This document shows, piece after piece, positions 1 to 8,936 of a stretch of DNA of 64,000 nt. Each line of letters opens with the position of its first letter. Within the stretch, counting starts at the first letter, position 1. Where the stretch lies: the NCBI GenBank assembly GCA_043727115.1, contig JAYSZA010000043.1:975-64974 (forward strand), in the 5' to 3' direction. The DNA is from Candidatus Saccharimonadota bacterium. Its GTDB lineage: Bacteria; Patescibacteriota; Saccharimonadia; Saccharimonadales; SZUA-47. The translations under genes were made by a program, and so were the position numbers. The notes beneath the pieces were generated by a model, which was given only the letters and a program-made list of their open reading frames with translations, did no database searches and was not told the origin of the DNA.

Positions 1-57
1 ACTTCTGTTCATAAACTTTATAAAGTATCAGAAAATAGTAGTGGGGTTCTTGAGTTA

Positions 58-984
58 ATGTTTATAGACAAATTAGACTTCTTAAGTAGTGATGGGCTTT
101 ATACCCTTAAGTCTCTCGGCAACTCTAGACTTTTGACGTACGATCCATCTGATGTTCGTCGTATATTTGCATTTGAGCCCTCCTCTAAACCGCTAGCCCC
201 GGAAACCATGAACATACCTTCAACACTGACTAATTTGGATTCACTTGCTGATATATCAACACACAAATCAACTATCAGCATAAGTGTATACCCAAATATT
301 GGTGAAGAGGGATCAAACACTGATGAGGTGGAGTTTATCTTTGGATCAAAAAGCTCTGACTTTAAAAGGAAGTTGTTTAATATGAAGGGTCCTTTCAAAG
401 CTGCTGTGTGTGAGGATAATGGGGCTTACTATTGTATCGAAGGCGATACGTACATCGACATTCAAAATACCTCATCCGAGGTTCATGAACCTTCTTCAGT
501 AAAAGCTACAGAAAAAGGAATGAAGTCTAAAACTTTCTTGGGCAGTAAAGTGATATTTTCAAACGAAACTGGCATAATTGTATATGACACTAGCACTTTT
601 AGTGGCTACTATTCGTATGTTTTTTCTGAACAGGAAGATATCTCAAATCTTCAGACGTTGAATGACAACGAATTCTTGTTTACGGCAAACTCGGGAAAGC
701 AAAACGATACAGTATACAAAATGAACACTTCGGGTTCGGGAAAATCCATCAGTCCGTTTATTGACGATATAAATGAATCGAATTTTATTGAAAAATACTC
801 GATTTACGATAAAAATATTTATTTAACACCTGATCTTGGTGATGTGGAGTATAGCGAAAATACAAACGACTATAGGTATTCTGAAACCAAAAAAACAGAG
901 GTTAATAAACTTATCAATGACCTGAAAGCTAAGCATAAAGACACACTAGAGGGCTATACTATCATCAACACATTAGCAAGCTAA
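58..984 (+). CDS. hypothetical protein (possibly 5'-truncated by window edge)
   Basis: 308-aa ORF from the first Met at 58. The frame has no stop back to base 1, so the true start may lie upstream of the window. Asn/Ser/Tyr-rich with no recognisable catalytic motifs. The 3' end overlaps the recF stop by 4 bp (convergent). Confidence 0.45.
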   Translation: MFIDKLDFLSSDGLYTLKSLGNSRLLTYDPSDVRRIFAFEPSSKPLAPETMNIPSTLTNLDSLADISTHKSTISISVYPNIGEEGSNTDEVEFIFGSKSSDFKRKLFNMKGPFKAAVCEDNGAYYCIEGDTYIDIQNTSSEVHEPSSVKATEKGMKSKTFLGSKVIFSNETGIIVYDTSTFSGYYSYVFSEQEDISNLQTLNDNEFLFTANSGKQNDTVYKMNTSGSGKSISPFIDDINESNFIEKYSIYDKNIYLTPDLGDVEYSENTNDYRYSETKKTEVNKLINDLKAKHKDTLEGYTIINTLAS

Positions 985-2027
985 TCTCGGCTGATCGGGA
1001 TGATGTTATAGGCAGAGAAGTGGTCTATTGCTACGTCAGCGTCGGTGGTTGTTAGAAAAGTTTGGTAATCTTTCAAAGCTTCGGCTAATGCTCGTCGACG
1101 GCTTCCATCTAGCTCAGAAAACACATCGTCTAGTAGGAATATCGGCGCTTTTCCTGTTTGTTCGTGTAGAAGTTTTAGCTCGGCAATCTTGAGAGCCAAA
1201 ACGATGCTTCTGGTCTCGCCACGCGATGCAGTAATGCGGGCGTCAGAGCCCTTTAGCTCCACCAACAAGTCATCGCGGTGAGGACCTGCGCCAGTAAAGC
1301 CACGCATTCTATCAGTGTCTATTGTTTGTTTCAGATGAGCTAGTAGCTGGTCGCTGTAGTTTGTGAATGATATTTTGCTGGTGTAGTTAAACTGCAGTTT
1401 TTCTTTGCTGTTACTGATAGTTTGATAGTGAGCCTCGCAAACACTTTGTAGTTGTTGGACTAGTTCTAGACGATTTTTAACAATAGTTCCGGCCTTTTCT
1501 GCCAGCTGTAAATCCCAAACAAATAATTGGTCCGGAGAAAAAGATTCCTGTTTCAGTAGTCTATTCCTCTGTGCCAGTGCCCGGCGAAAGGCTACTAGTT
1601 CTGATTTATAGCCAGGCCGGGTGAGTGATAGTATGCCGTCCAAATAGCTCCTGCGTCTGTCTGGCTCTTTTCCTAGTAGCAACATGTGTTCGGGTTCAAA
1701 CACTACTACCGGTAAGCTTGTGGCGAGCGACAATCGTTTTTTTGCCTCGCCGTCAATTTCCATTATCTTTGGTTTTCCAAGCTCTAGTTTTACAACTCTA
1801 GTAGAATCATCCGTCAGCGCTTCTAGTCTCAACCATTCGGCGCCGATGGACACCAAATCTTTGTCGGCCGCCATGAATCCCTGAAGCGTACAAATAGTGT
1901 GAATTGCCTCCAGGAGGTTTGTTTTACCGCTGGCATTTGATCCGACAATAATGTTTACGCCCGGCTCAAACCCAAATAACCCATTTGTATAGGAACGAAA
2001 ATTAGTCAACTCAAGTGTTCTCAGCAT
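981..2027 (-). CDS. recF: DNA replication and repair protein RecF
   Basis: The N-terminus MLRTLELTNFRSY matches the RecF N-terminus, with Walker A GSNASGKTNLLEAI. The ABC-ATPase signature and D-loop region (LLDDVFSELD) are present. The ATG start at 2027 was chosen; the ORF track extends to 2072 but that extension covers a palindrome. Confidence 0.9.
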   Translation of the reverse strand: MLRTLELTNFRSYTNGLFGFEPGVNIIVGSNASGKTNLLEAIHTICTLQGFMAADKDLVSIGAEWLRLEALTDDSTRVVKLELGKPKIMEIDGEAKKRLSLATSLPVVVFEPEHMLLLGKEPDRRRSYLDGILSLTRPGYKSELVAFRRALAQRNRLLKQESFSPDQLFVWDLQLAEKAGTIVKNRLELVQQLQSVCEAHYQTISNSKEKLQFNYTSKISFTNYSDQLLAHLKQTIDTDRMRGFTGAGPHRDDLLVELKGSDARITASRGETRSIVLALKIAELKLLHEQTGKAPIFLLDDVFSELDGSRRRALAEALKDYQTFLTTTDADVAIDHFSAYNIIPISRD

Positions 2028-2034
2028 AACAACA

Positions 2035-2060
2035 TTATATAGGTCAGATGACCTATATAA
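2035..2060. promoter_or_regulatory. perfect inverted repeat TTATATAGGTCA-GA-TGACCTATATAA immediately 5' of recF
   Basis: Arms of 12 bp with a 2-bp spacer. It lies 8-33 nt upstream of the recF ATG, in the divergent region shared with the 2356 gene. Candidate operator or hairpin. Confidence 0.4.
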
Positions 2061-2355
2061 TGTAAATATCAAATTACAAATCCAAAATAATAAACAAATT
2101 GTAAAACTTAAATTCTAAACATGGACAACCCTAGTAGCAGAGTGTTGCTCAGCCCCGAGTAAGACTATTGGCTATTTGGGGGGTAGCTGTTTTCTGTGTT
2201 CATGACGCTTAAATAATGTTAACATAGGACATTGCATGGGCATTATTCAACAGGCTATTCTTAATACATATGTGAGAAATTCGTGATACTGTAGTTTTGG
2301 GTAGTAAATACAAAAAAATACAAAGCATACAATAATTGTCAACAGGAGTAAGCCC

Positions 2356-3159
2356 ATGAGTGAGCAACCTATCCTAGACCCTATACTCACACAAGATATG
2401 CCCAGCCAAATATATCCAGAGGTAACATCTGATGCACTCTTGCCGGCCGAGACCGCCAACTACCAAGGTAATTGGTTTAATTTGCAGCACGTCCGCATGC
2501 AAAGCCCCAATTTTGAAAATAAGTTAGTTGCCTTTATAGGGCGACATATCGATTCACTTACACCCGGGCAATCCAGGTCGTCTCTAGATAAGCCAGAAAA
2601 CTTTCAGACACATTACCAGTCACAGCTCAACCAGTTTAATGCCAACCTGGAACGCACTTACTCGCTAGTACACTACGGCAAAGCGGCAGACATAGGAGGC
2701 ACATCTTTGGCTGCCCTAGGCCACGGTAAAATCGGGCAGCCGGGTACAGTTTATAGCGACGGCATAACCAAGACGGAACAACCGTTAACCGACAGACAAA
2801 AAGATATTATCGCCGGACATGAGGCTTATCACGGTATGGTTGATGCCCAAGGTTCTGCTAGTGCAGAAGTAAAAAGTGGTTTCGACTGGGAAGTTTTTAA
2901 TGTCTTGGTTGATAGTGGCAGTGTCGTACAGCCTAGCTACTTGCGCGAGTCAGATGAACTGCTGGCACGCATGGCGCAGTTCAAGAACTACTTTGGTATG
3001 AGTGCTAATGAGCAATTTACCACTGAACACCTTGCTCACATTAGGCAACATTATGTTGATGATACTAGCTTAGATAACGGTATCTCACTTATGCTCAATA
3101 TCGTCACTCCAAACACTGAGGCAAGGTTTGTGGAGCTTATGAACGAGCTGCCGGTCTAA
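2356..3159 (+). CDS. hypothetical protein with HExxH motif (putative Zn-metallopeptidase-like)
   Basis: 267 aa with no signal peptide. It contains IIAGHEAYHGMVD (HExxH). No other family-defining motif was recognised by eye. Confidence 0.55.
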   Translation: MSEQPILDPILTQDMPSQIYPEVTSDALLPAETANYQGNWFNLQHVRMQSPNFENKLVAFIGRHIDSLTPGQSRSSLDKPENFQTHYQSQLNQFNANLERTYSLVHYGKAADIGGTSLAALGHGKIGQPGTVYSDGITKTEQPLTDRQKDIIAGHEAYHGMVDAQGSASAEVKSGFDWEVFNVLVDSGSVVQPSYLRESDELLARMAQFKNYFGMSANEQFTTEHLAHIRQHYVDDTSLDNGISLMLNIVTPNTEARFVELMNELPV

Positions 3160-3161
3160 TT

Positions 3162-3518
3162 ATGAAACGCCTGCTTAGTGTATTTGACAGGTTAAATACG
3201 CTCACATGGATTGGTGATGATTGGTTTAACCGTAGACTCACATTTCCTCACCGCCGTTTTTATCCGCTCTCGACTCTCTTGTTTTTGCCGGTGCTGGCTA
3301 CCATTCTATCACCGGCAATTGTTTTACTCTACTTTATTGTTAGGCGTCCCGAGAATGAGATGTTGGCCATTTTATTGATGGCTTTTGCTGCACTGATCGT
3401 GATTTCAGTGCCCGTGCTCGCTGTTGTTGCAATATTAAAATGGCGGAAGAGGCGACAGATAATGCAAAAATTTGCAAAGAAAAGAACTGGCTATAAATAC
3501 CGTGGTTTACGTAATTAG
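3162..3518 (+). CDS. small membrane protein (2 TM, basic C-tail)
   Basis: 118 aa. Its start lies 3 nt after the stop of the upstream HExxH ORF, suggesting an operon. There are two hydrophobic helices (LSTLLFLPVLATILSPAIVLLYFIV, LAILLMAFAALIVISVPVLAVVAIL) followed by a K/R-rich tail. Confidence 0.5.
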   Translation: MKRLLSVFDRLNTLTWIGDDWFNRRLTFPHRRFYPLSTLLFLPVLATILSPAIVLLYFIVRRPENEMLAILLMAFAALIVISVPVLAVVAILKWRKRRQIMQKFAKKRTGYKYRGLRN

Positions 3519-3656
3519 ATTAGCGAGTCCTTGAATTAACATACCTGTCCACTACATTAATCGGCAGTATAGTTTCGGTTGTTTCATCATCTACTTTTGT
3601 CCAAATTTTATGATTGTTTCGATTTTAGTGTTTGCTTTTTGAGACTTAAAAAGTTT

Positions 3657-4748
3657 TCAACTTTTTACGGGCATAACGACGTGTAGATAGTTGTCGTTGT
3701 CTGGGTCGGTCAGGATACATGGGTCAAGTTTGCCGTTTACATTTATCTGAATTTTTTCACCTTCAAAAGCGCTGAGAGCATCAAGAATATAGCGTGAATT
3801 CATTGTAATTACAGCGTCGCCTGAAATTTCAGCCTCTGCTACGGCGTTGTTTTCCCCGACTTGTGATGCGATTGAGCGTATGCTTACTTCTTTTTTTTCT
3901 TCGCTCATAGTTACGGTTACGCCACCGGCTGCTTCCCGCGCAAAAAGGCTTGAGACTTTGGTTATTTCCTGTAAATCTGTTCGCTTCAAAACGGCGGTAG
4001 TTGCGTAATCTTTAGGTAGAAGTTTGCGGTAGTCAGGATAGTTTCCTTCAATTAGCCTAGTGACCAGTTCGACGGAACCGACACTAAATCTTGCTTGCTG
4101 CTCGTCGTACTGCACACCAACACTGACAGTATCATCACGCATAACTCTCAGGACGTCTTGTAGAGATGAGGCTGGTAGAAGTAGATTGACTTCCTTTTCT
4201 TCAGCCCCAATCACTTTTTCTGCCAAACGGTATGAGTCTGTGGCTACGGCGTATAGTTTGCCGTTAAGTGTGTGTAGGTACAGTCCGGTTAGAACTGGTC
4301 TAGCGTCATCACTTGATGCAGCAAACAAAACTTGTTGCAGTGCAGACTTCAAATCCGCACCAGTCATTTGTAGAGAGTGCCCGTTTTCAATAGTTGGCAT
4401 AACAGGGAAGTCATCGGCTGGTGTTCCGTTGATACTTGAGCTGTGGTGTTCGGTTGTTAACTTTAGTTTACTGTCGACAACTTCAAGTGTTAGTGTTCCT
4501 GAGGGTAGGCTGGAAACATAGTCTTGCATTAGCCTGGCTGGAACAGTAATTGAGCCCTCGGCTTTAATCTTTGCTCCGATTGTCTCGCTTATTGCAACAT
4601 CTAGATTTGTAGCCGCTACAAGAAGCTGGTTATTTTCTGTTTTAAGTAAAACGTTTGAAAGAATTGGTAGTGAACCACGTGAGCTTGCTATACGCGAAAC
4701 TGTTGCGAGTGCCCTGGATAGATTTTCCTGTGTGACGGTCAGTTTCAT
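3657..4748 (-). CDS. dnaN: DNA polymerase III beta subunit (sliding clamp)
   Basis: 363 aa. The N-terminus MKLTVTQENLSRALATVSRIASSRGSLPILSNVLL is typical of DnaN, and the protein has three-domain clamp length. It sits directly downstream of dnaA. Confidence 0.95.
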   Translation of the reverse strand: MKLTVTQENLSRALATVSRIASSRGSLPILSNVLLKTENNQLLVAATNLDVAISETIGAKIKAEGSITVPARLMQDYVSSLPSGTLTLEVVDSKLKLTTEHHSSSINGTPADDFPVMPTIENGHSLQMTGADLKSALQQVLFAASSDDARPVLTGLYLHTLNGKLYAVATDSYRLAEKVIGAEEKEVNLLLPASSLQDVLRVMRDDTVSVGVQYDEQQARFSVGSVELVTRLIEGNYPDYRKLLPKDYATTAVLKRTDLQEITKVSSLFAREAAGGVTVTMSEEKKEVSIRSIASQVGENNAVAEAEISGDAVITMNSRYILDALSAFEGEKIQINVNGKLDPCILTDPDNDNYLHVVMPVKS

Positions 4749-5180
4749 AATATATAGTCTCCTTTATATAAATATATAGTTATTATAGGCTGTGTGGATA
4801 ACGTGTATAACTGGTCTTTTAGAGAAGTTAATTCTGAAAAAATGCGGAGTATAACTTGGTGGTATAGCGTGTGTAGAACATGAGCACAAGTTTGGGCGAG
4901 TATTTTTGCCCTGCGAATAAACCCAAAGTTGAGCACAGTTTGTGCACAGCCGGCCAATAGTTTGTCGCTTGATATACACAAGTTGTACACACCATATTTT
5001 GAGTCCAAAATGGCGCATTTGAGTGCAGTTGGAATGTTATTTTTGAGAATCGCAAACGAGCCATACTTAGCGTATGGTGAATGCGACTCGGAGAAAAAAC
5101 TTTTCAAATGTGCCAAAAACAGAGCTGGTGCACGAAACAAAGTGTCGTGGCAGAGTTCTGTGGTGCGTCCATTTTGGACT
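4749..5180. promoter_or_regulatory. dnaA-dnaN spacer: AT-rich putative DNA-unwinding element plus DnaA box (downstream half of a bipartite oriC)
   Basis: 432-bp non-coding gap. 4749-4790 is almost pure A/T (ATATATAGTCTCCTTTATATAAATATATAGTTATTATAGG). A perfect DnaA box TGTGGATAA lies at 4793-4801. Confidence 0.5.
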
Positions 5181-6557
5181 TTATGCATACAATCTCCCCC
5201 TTAATTCAACTAGTTGCTGGCGTACAGCTGGGTCTAGGTGAGAAGACTTTTCGATTTTATCAACAGAATGAATGGCGGTCGTGTGGTCTTTGCGGCCTAA
5301 TTCATTAGCAATTTTCGGAAAGCTCATGTGTAGCTCGCTCCTTAGCATATACATAGCCATTTGACGCGGGTAGACGATGTCTTTGTCGCGCTTAGGGCTT
5401 AGCAAATCCTCCATTGAGATAGAGAAGTAGCGAGCTACTCGCTCAACAATATGCTTGGGTGAAATATGCTTAGGTCTAGACTTTGCACTTCCAAGCAGTG
5501 TTTGCGCAACCTGTAAGTCTGGTTCTAGTCCACGCATCTCACAAAAGGCTAGAAGCTGGTTTAATACGCCCTCTAGTTCACGGATGTTAGTAGTCACCAA
5601 ATTAGCTAGGAATTCAGTGACATCGGCCGGTAGCTGTAAGTCGTTGGCGTGAGCTTTGGTTTGGATAATTGCACAGCGAGTTTCAAAATCCGGAATCTGC
5701 ATGTCTATAGACATTCCCCAGGCAAAGCGACTTCGTAGTCTTTCCTCAAGAGTCGGAATATCTTTTGGTGGTTTATCACTGCTGATAATAATCTGCTTAT
5801 TAGCCTGATGCAGAGCATTGAAAGTATGGAAGAACTCTTCCTGGGTTTTTTCTTTTCCAGCTATAAACTGAATGTCGTCGATGATTAGAACGTCCGCGCT
5901 ACGGTAATGGTCGGCAAAGTCAGTGTTTTTTTTGTAGCGAATCGCATCTAGAAACTCCTGTACGAACTGCTCGGTAGATATATAGAGAACATGTGACTGT
6001 GGATTGCGCTTCAGAATTTCATTACCAACAGCCTGCATCAAGTGAGTTTTTCCGATTCCAACTCCACCATACAAAAACAAAGGGTTATATTTCTCACCTG
6101 GTTTACCCGCAATGGCTTGGCAAGCTGCGTAGGCAAGCTCGTTTCCGGCACCGACTATAAAGTTATCAAATGTGTAGCGGTCATTAATACCTCTGCGGTA
6201 TTTGTGCGTCAGGCTGGTATTTCTGTTGTTTTGAGTTGATGGTCTTGGCGCGCTAGAGTTGTGTAAAACCATTGTGTCGTTTGATGTTGATTTGCTGGAA
6301 GGGGCTTTGGCATTATAGATTTTGAATTCAATTTGTTCTGGCCGTATGCCGTTCTTGTCTAGTACATCTAGAAGTAGGTCCTGGTATTTTTTCTCTAATT
6401 GCTGCTTTATGAATATATTTGGAACGCCCACTATGACACTGGAGCTATCAGCTTGCAGAAGTTGAGTGGCCTTAAACCAGGTCACAAAGTTACCCCGTGA
6501 AATAGTTAGTTCTATCTCACCTAAGACTGCCTGCCATAATCTCGCGGTATCCTGCAC
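5181..6557 (-). CDS. dnaA: chromosomal replication initiator protein DnaA
   Basis: 458 aa. Walker A GGVGIGKTHLMQAVGN lies in an AAA+ core, and a C-terminal DnaA-box-binding helix-turn-helix region is present (VARYFSISMEDLLSPKRDKDIVYPRQMAMYM). Confidence 0.95.
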   Translation of the reverse strand: MQDTARLWQAVLGEIELTISRGNFVTWFKATQLLQADSSSVIVGVPNIFIKQQLEKKYQDLLLDVLDKNGIRPEQIEFKIYNAKAPSSKSTSNDTMVLHNSSAPRPSTQNNRNTSLTHKYRRGINDRYTFDNFIVGAGNELAYAACQAIAGKPGEKYNPLFLYGGVGIGKTHLMQAVGNEILKRNPQSHVLYISTEQFVQEFLDAIRYKKNTDFADHYRSADVLIIDDIQFIAGKEKTQEEFFHTFNALHQANKQIIISSDKPPKDIPTLEERLRSRFAWGMSIDMQIPDFETRCAIIQTKAHANDLQLPADVTEFLANLVTTNIRELEGVLNQLLAFCEMRGLEPDLQVAQTLLGSAKSRPKHISPKHIVERVARYFSISMEDLLSPKRDKDIVYPRQMAMYMLRSELHMSFPKIANELGRKDHTTAIHSVDKIEKSSHLDPAVRQQLVELRGRLYA

Positions 6558-6679
6558 TAGCTTTTCCCCTCGGCTTACACTTTTTTGTATCCACCTAATA
6601 GTACGCTAAAGTAGTACGACTTTTCCACAGCTACTTTCACAACATTTAATGTGAGTAATCACACACCCTTGGGGCGGGG

Positions 6680-6742
6680 TTATCCACAGAAACGATTTAC
6701 ATCTGTTAATAATGTGGATAAAGGCTGTGGATGAGTGGATAA
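6680..6742. promoter_or_regulatory. cluster of four DnaA boxes (oriC, upstream half)
   Basis: TTATCCACA at 6680-6688. TGTGGATAA at 6713-6721. TGTGGATGA at 6726-6734. AGTGGATAA at 6734-6742. An AT-rich stretch follows at 6745-6800. Located between dnaA and rpmH. Confidence 0.8.
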
Positions 6743-6811
6743 GCAATACTCTAAATTTTGCAATTTGTAAAATTTCTATGCAAGATGCTGATTATGGTTG
6801 GGTGTTACTCC

Positions 6812-6840
6812 TTGCGCAAAAAGGGCGTCGATGGTAGAAT
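6812..6840 (+). promoter_or_regulatory. sigma-70-like promoter for rpmH-rnpA (TTGCGC-17 bp-TAGAAT)
   Basis: -35 TTGCGC at 6812-6817, a 17-bp spacer, and -10 TAGAAT at 6835-6840. The rpmH ATG lies only 8 nt downstream with no Shine-Dalgarno, so the predicted transcript is leaderless. Confidence 0.45.
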
Positions 6841-6848
6841 AGAGCGAT

Positions 6849-6986
6849 ATGCCAAAACGAACTTTCCAACCAAAGAAGCGCAAGCGATCGCGCGTTCACG
6901 GCTTTTTTAAGCGAATGTCTACACGAACAGGAAGAATTGTTCTGAAAAGACGACGACTTAAGGGTCGAAAGATGCTTTCTCGTTAA
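6849..6986 (+). CDS. rpmH: 50S ribosomal protein L34
   Basis: Manual translation gives [45 protein letters not shown] (45 aa), a canonical L34. It is not in the ORF track because it is shorter than 60 aa. Confidence 0.9.
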   Translation: MPKRTFQPKKRKRSRVHGFFKRMSTRTGRIVLKRRRLKGRKMLSR

Positions 6987-7041
6987 TAGTTTTTCGGTTC
7001 AACAAACAACAACCATTGCATAAGCTGAGCGGAGCCACCAA

Positions 7042-7377
7042 GTGATAGCACGCAAAAACCGATTTCACGGACACAACAGTGTGTCGCGAGTGCGCGGTAA
7101 ATCTGTGCACACTCAAAACTTCAAAGTTTTCTATATGCATAACCCAAAACGCCAAGATTATAGAATGGCGGTTGTTGTCAGTAAAAAAACAGCTAAATCT
7201 GCCGTAGTTAGAAACCGCATCAGACGTCGTCTTTATGAGCTGGTCAGAACCCAGGCCATGCTAGCCGGACAACCGTTTGACGTTGTTTTTGTTGTGCAGA
7301 ATCCAGACCTTGCAAATATGCCCGCCCAAGACCTAGCACTTCAAGTCATGAATGCGACTCAAAAAATCGTCGAGTAG
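7042..7377 (+). CDS. rnpA: ribonuclease P protein component
   Basis: 111 aa, basic. The sequence (VVSKKTAKSAVVRNRIRRRL) matches the RnpA core. GTG start with GGAG 7 nt upstream. Located downstream of rpmH. Confidence 0.85.
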   Translation: MIARKNRFHGHNSVSRVRGKSVHTQNFKVFYMHNPKRQDYRMAVVVSKKTAKSAVVRNRIRRRLYELVRTQAMLAGQPFDVVFVVQNPDLANMPAQDLALQVMNATQKIVE

Positions 7378-7449
7378 TAGTCCAATTTACACCAAATAAC
7401 ACTCCTCAGTCGTGGTATAGTGGAATAAACGGAGTAACCAAGAGAATCT

Positions 7450-8427
7450 ATGTTCACCACCTTTATCGTGCAACCAATTTTTAACGTGCTAACCCTGATT
7501 TATGCGCTTCTACCTGGCCATAACTTTGGAGTTGCAATCATTTTGTTCACAATAGTGACTAGATTTGCTCTCTATCCGATGCTTAAAAAGCAGCTGCGCC
7601 ACACCAAGGCAATGCGTGAATTACAGCCAGAGATAAAGAAGATAAAGGCCAAAACAAAAGGCAACAAGCAACAAGAATCACTAATGATGATGGAGCTTTA
7701 TAAAGAGCGAGAAATCAAACCACTCGCTTATATGGGGCTGATGATTTTCCAGATTGTGCTGTTTTTTGCTCTTTTCTCCGGGCTTAACAGAGTGGTAAAC
7801 GACTCAAAAGCAATTTATGACTTTTCATACCCTGTAATTCAGAACATAAGTTTTATGCAGGACCTAAATGCTGATATCTCCAAATTTGATAATACGCTTT
7901 TTGGTGGTATAGACCTTGGGCGTGCAGCAATAGCAAACGAATCTGGGTTTTATTTCCCGGCATTCATGCTAGTACTTGGCTCTGCGCTGATACAGTTCTT
8001 CCAGATCAAACAAACGATGCCGTCAAGCAAAGACGCACGTAAACTGAAGGAAATACTAAAGGACGCAAACACTGGCAAACAGGCCGACAGTTCAGAAATC
8101 AGCGCTGCTATGAGCCGTAATATGGCCTATATTCTACCGTTCTTTATTTTCGTTGTAACCATCGGTTTCCCAGCAGCACTCTCGCTTTACTGGTTTGTTG
8201 GCGGCTTGGTCGCATATTTGCAACAGTCCTATCTACTAAAGCAAGACGAATATTCCATGACTAACGGCACCGCAACAGCTACTGTTGTGTCAAAGAAGCC
8301 ACTGCGCAAAAAAGACTCCGGCGTTAAAGTTACTGTCCTGAGCGAAGAAAAAGCAGAAACTAAACCAAAAGCCAAAAAATCTAAATCTAAATCCTCTCAA
8401 AAAAATCGTAATAAACGAAAGAGGTAA
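7450..8427 (+). CDS. yidC: membrane protein insertase YidC/Oxa1 family
   Basis: 325 aa. A short Gram-positive-type YidC with five TM segments and a Lys-rich C-tail, in the conserved rnpA-yidC-jag context. Confidence 0.9.
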   Translation: MFTTFIVQPIFNVLTLIYALLPGHNFGVAIILFTIVTRFALYPMLKKQLRHTKAMRELQPEIKKIKAKTKGNKQQESLMMMELYKEREIKPLAYMGLMIFQIVLFFALFSGLNRVVNDSKAIYDFSYPVIQNISFMQDLNADISKFDNTLFGGIDLGRAAIANESGFYFPAFMLVLGSALIQFFQIKQTMPSSKDARKLKEILKDANTGKQADSSEISAAMSRNMAYILPFFIFVVTIGFPAALSLYWFVGGLVAYLQQSYLLKQDEYSMTNGTATATVVSKKPLRKKDSGVKVTVLSEEKAETKPKAKKSKSKSSQKNRNKRKR

Positions 8428-8432
8428 TTGTC

Positions 8433-8894
8433 GTGGAAGAATCAATTCAGTTCGCTAAAAAATATTTAGAGGATATGTTGTCGTTTTTTGGTTTAAATGT
8501 AGATGTCTACGCCACCAGTGAAGACGGTGAGGTAATTGAGCTGAACGTACCAAGTACACACCTGAACGGATTCTTGATAGGTAATCATGGGGACAACATG
8601 CGTAGCATGCAGTATTTGATTAGCATGGCGCTTAAAAGCAAAGAATTTGAATTTAACAGAGTAAATGTGGACATCGCAGACTACAAAAAACAACGCGCCC
8701 ATCGCCTAGAAGAGCGTGCAGTTGAGTGGCTGGAGCAAGTGAAGACATCTGGTAAGGAGATGCACTTAGAGCCGATGAACGGCGCAGACAGACGCACTAT
8801 CCACAAGCTAGCGGGCGAACATGGTATTGAAACAGAATCTGAAGGCGAAGGTCTAGAGCGCCACATCGTACTGAAACCAGCACCAGCAGAGTAG
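8433..8894 (+). CDS. jag: Jag/KhpB-like RNA-binding protein (KH + R3H)
   Basis: 153 aa. The C-terminus carries an R3H-like signature (GADRRTIHKLAGEHGIETESEGEG). It sits in the conserved position after yidC. GTG start with RBS GAAAGAGG. Confidence 0.8.
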   Translation: MEESIQFAKKYLEDMLSFFGLNVDVYATSEDGEVIELNVPSTHLNGFLIGNHGDNMRSMQYLISMALKSKEFEFNRVNVDIADYKKQRAHRLEERAVEWLEQVKTSGKEMHLEPMNGADRRTIHKLAGEHGIETESEGEGLERHIVLKPAPAE

Positions 8895-8936
8895 ACTTTT
8901 CTTTACTTGTAAATATATCGGGCGTAAAGTAATTCT

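Noticed and set aside
3519-3656. Possible rho-independent terminator after dnaN.
   Set aside because: The only hairpin (AAAAAGTT-GAAA-AACTTTTT) is A/T-only and weak. Not convincing without a transcript 3'-end or RNA data.
4745-5308. Several 65-147 aa ORFs (4745-5188-, 4764-5018-, 4828-5064-, 4929-5204+, 5081-5308+) in the dnaA-dnaN spacer.
   Set aside because: They overlap each other and the ends of dnaA and dnaN, and sit on the AT-rich tract and DnaA box. They have no motifs and no plausible RBS. The region is far more likely non-coding origin sequence.
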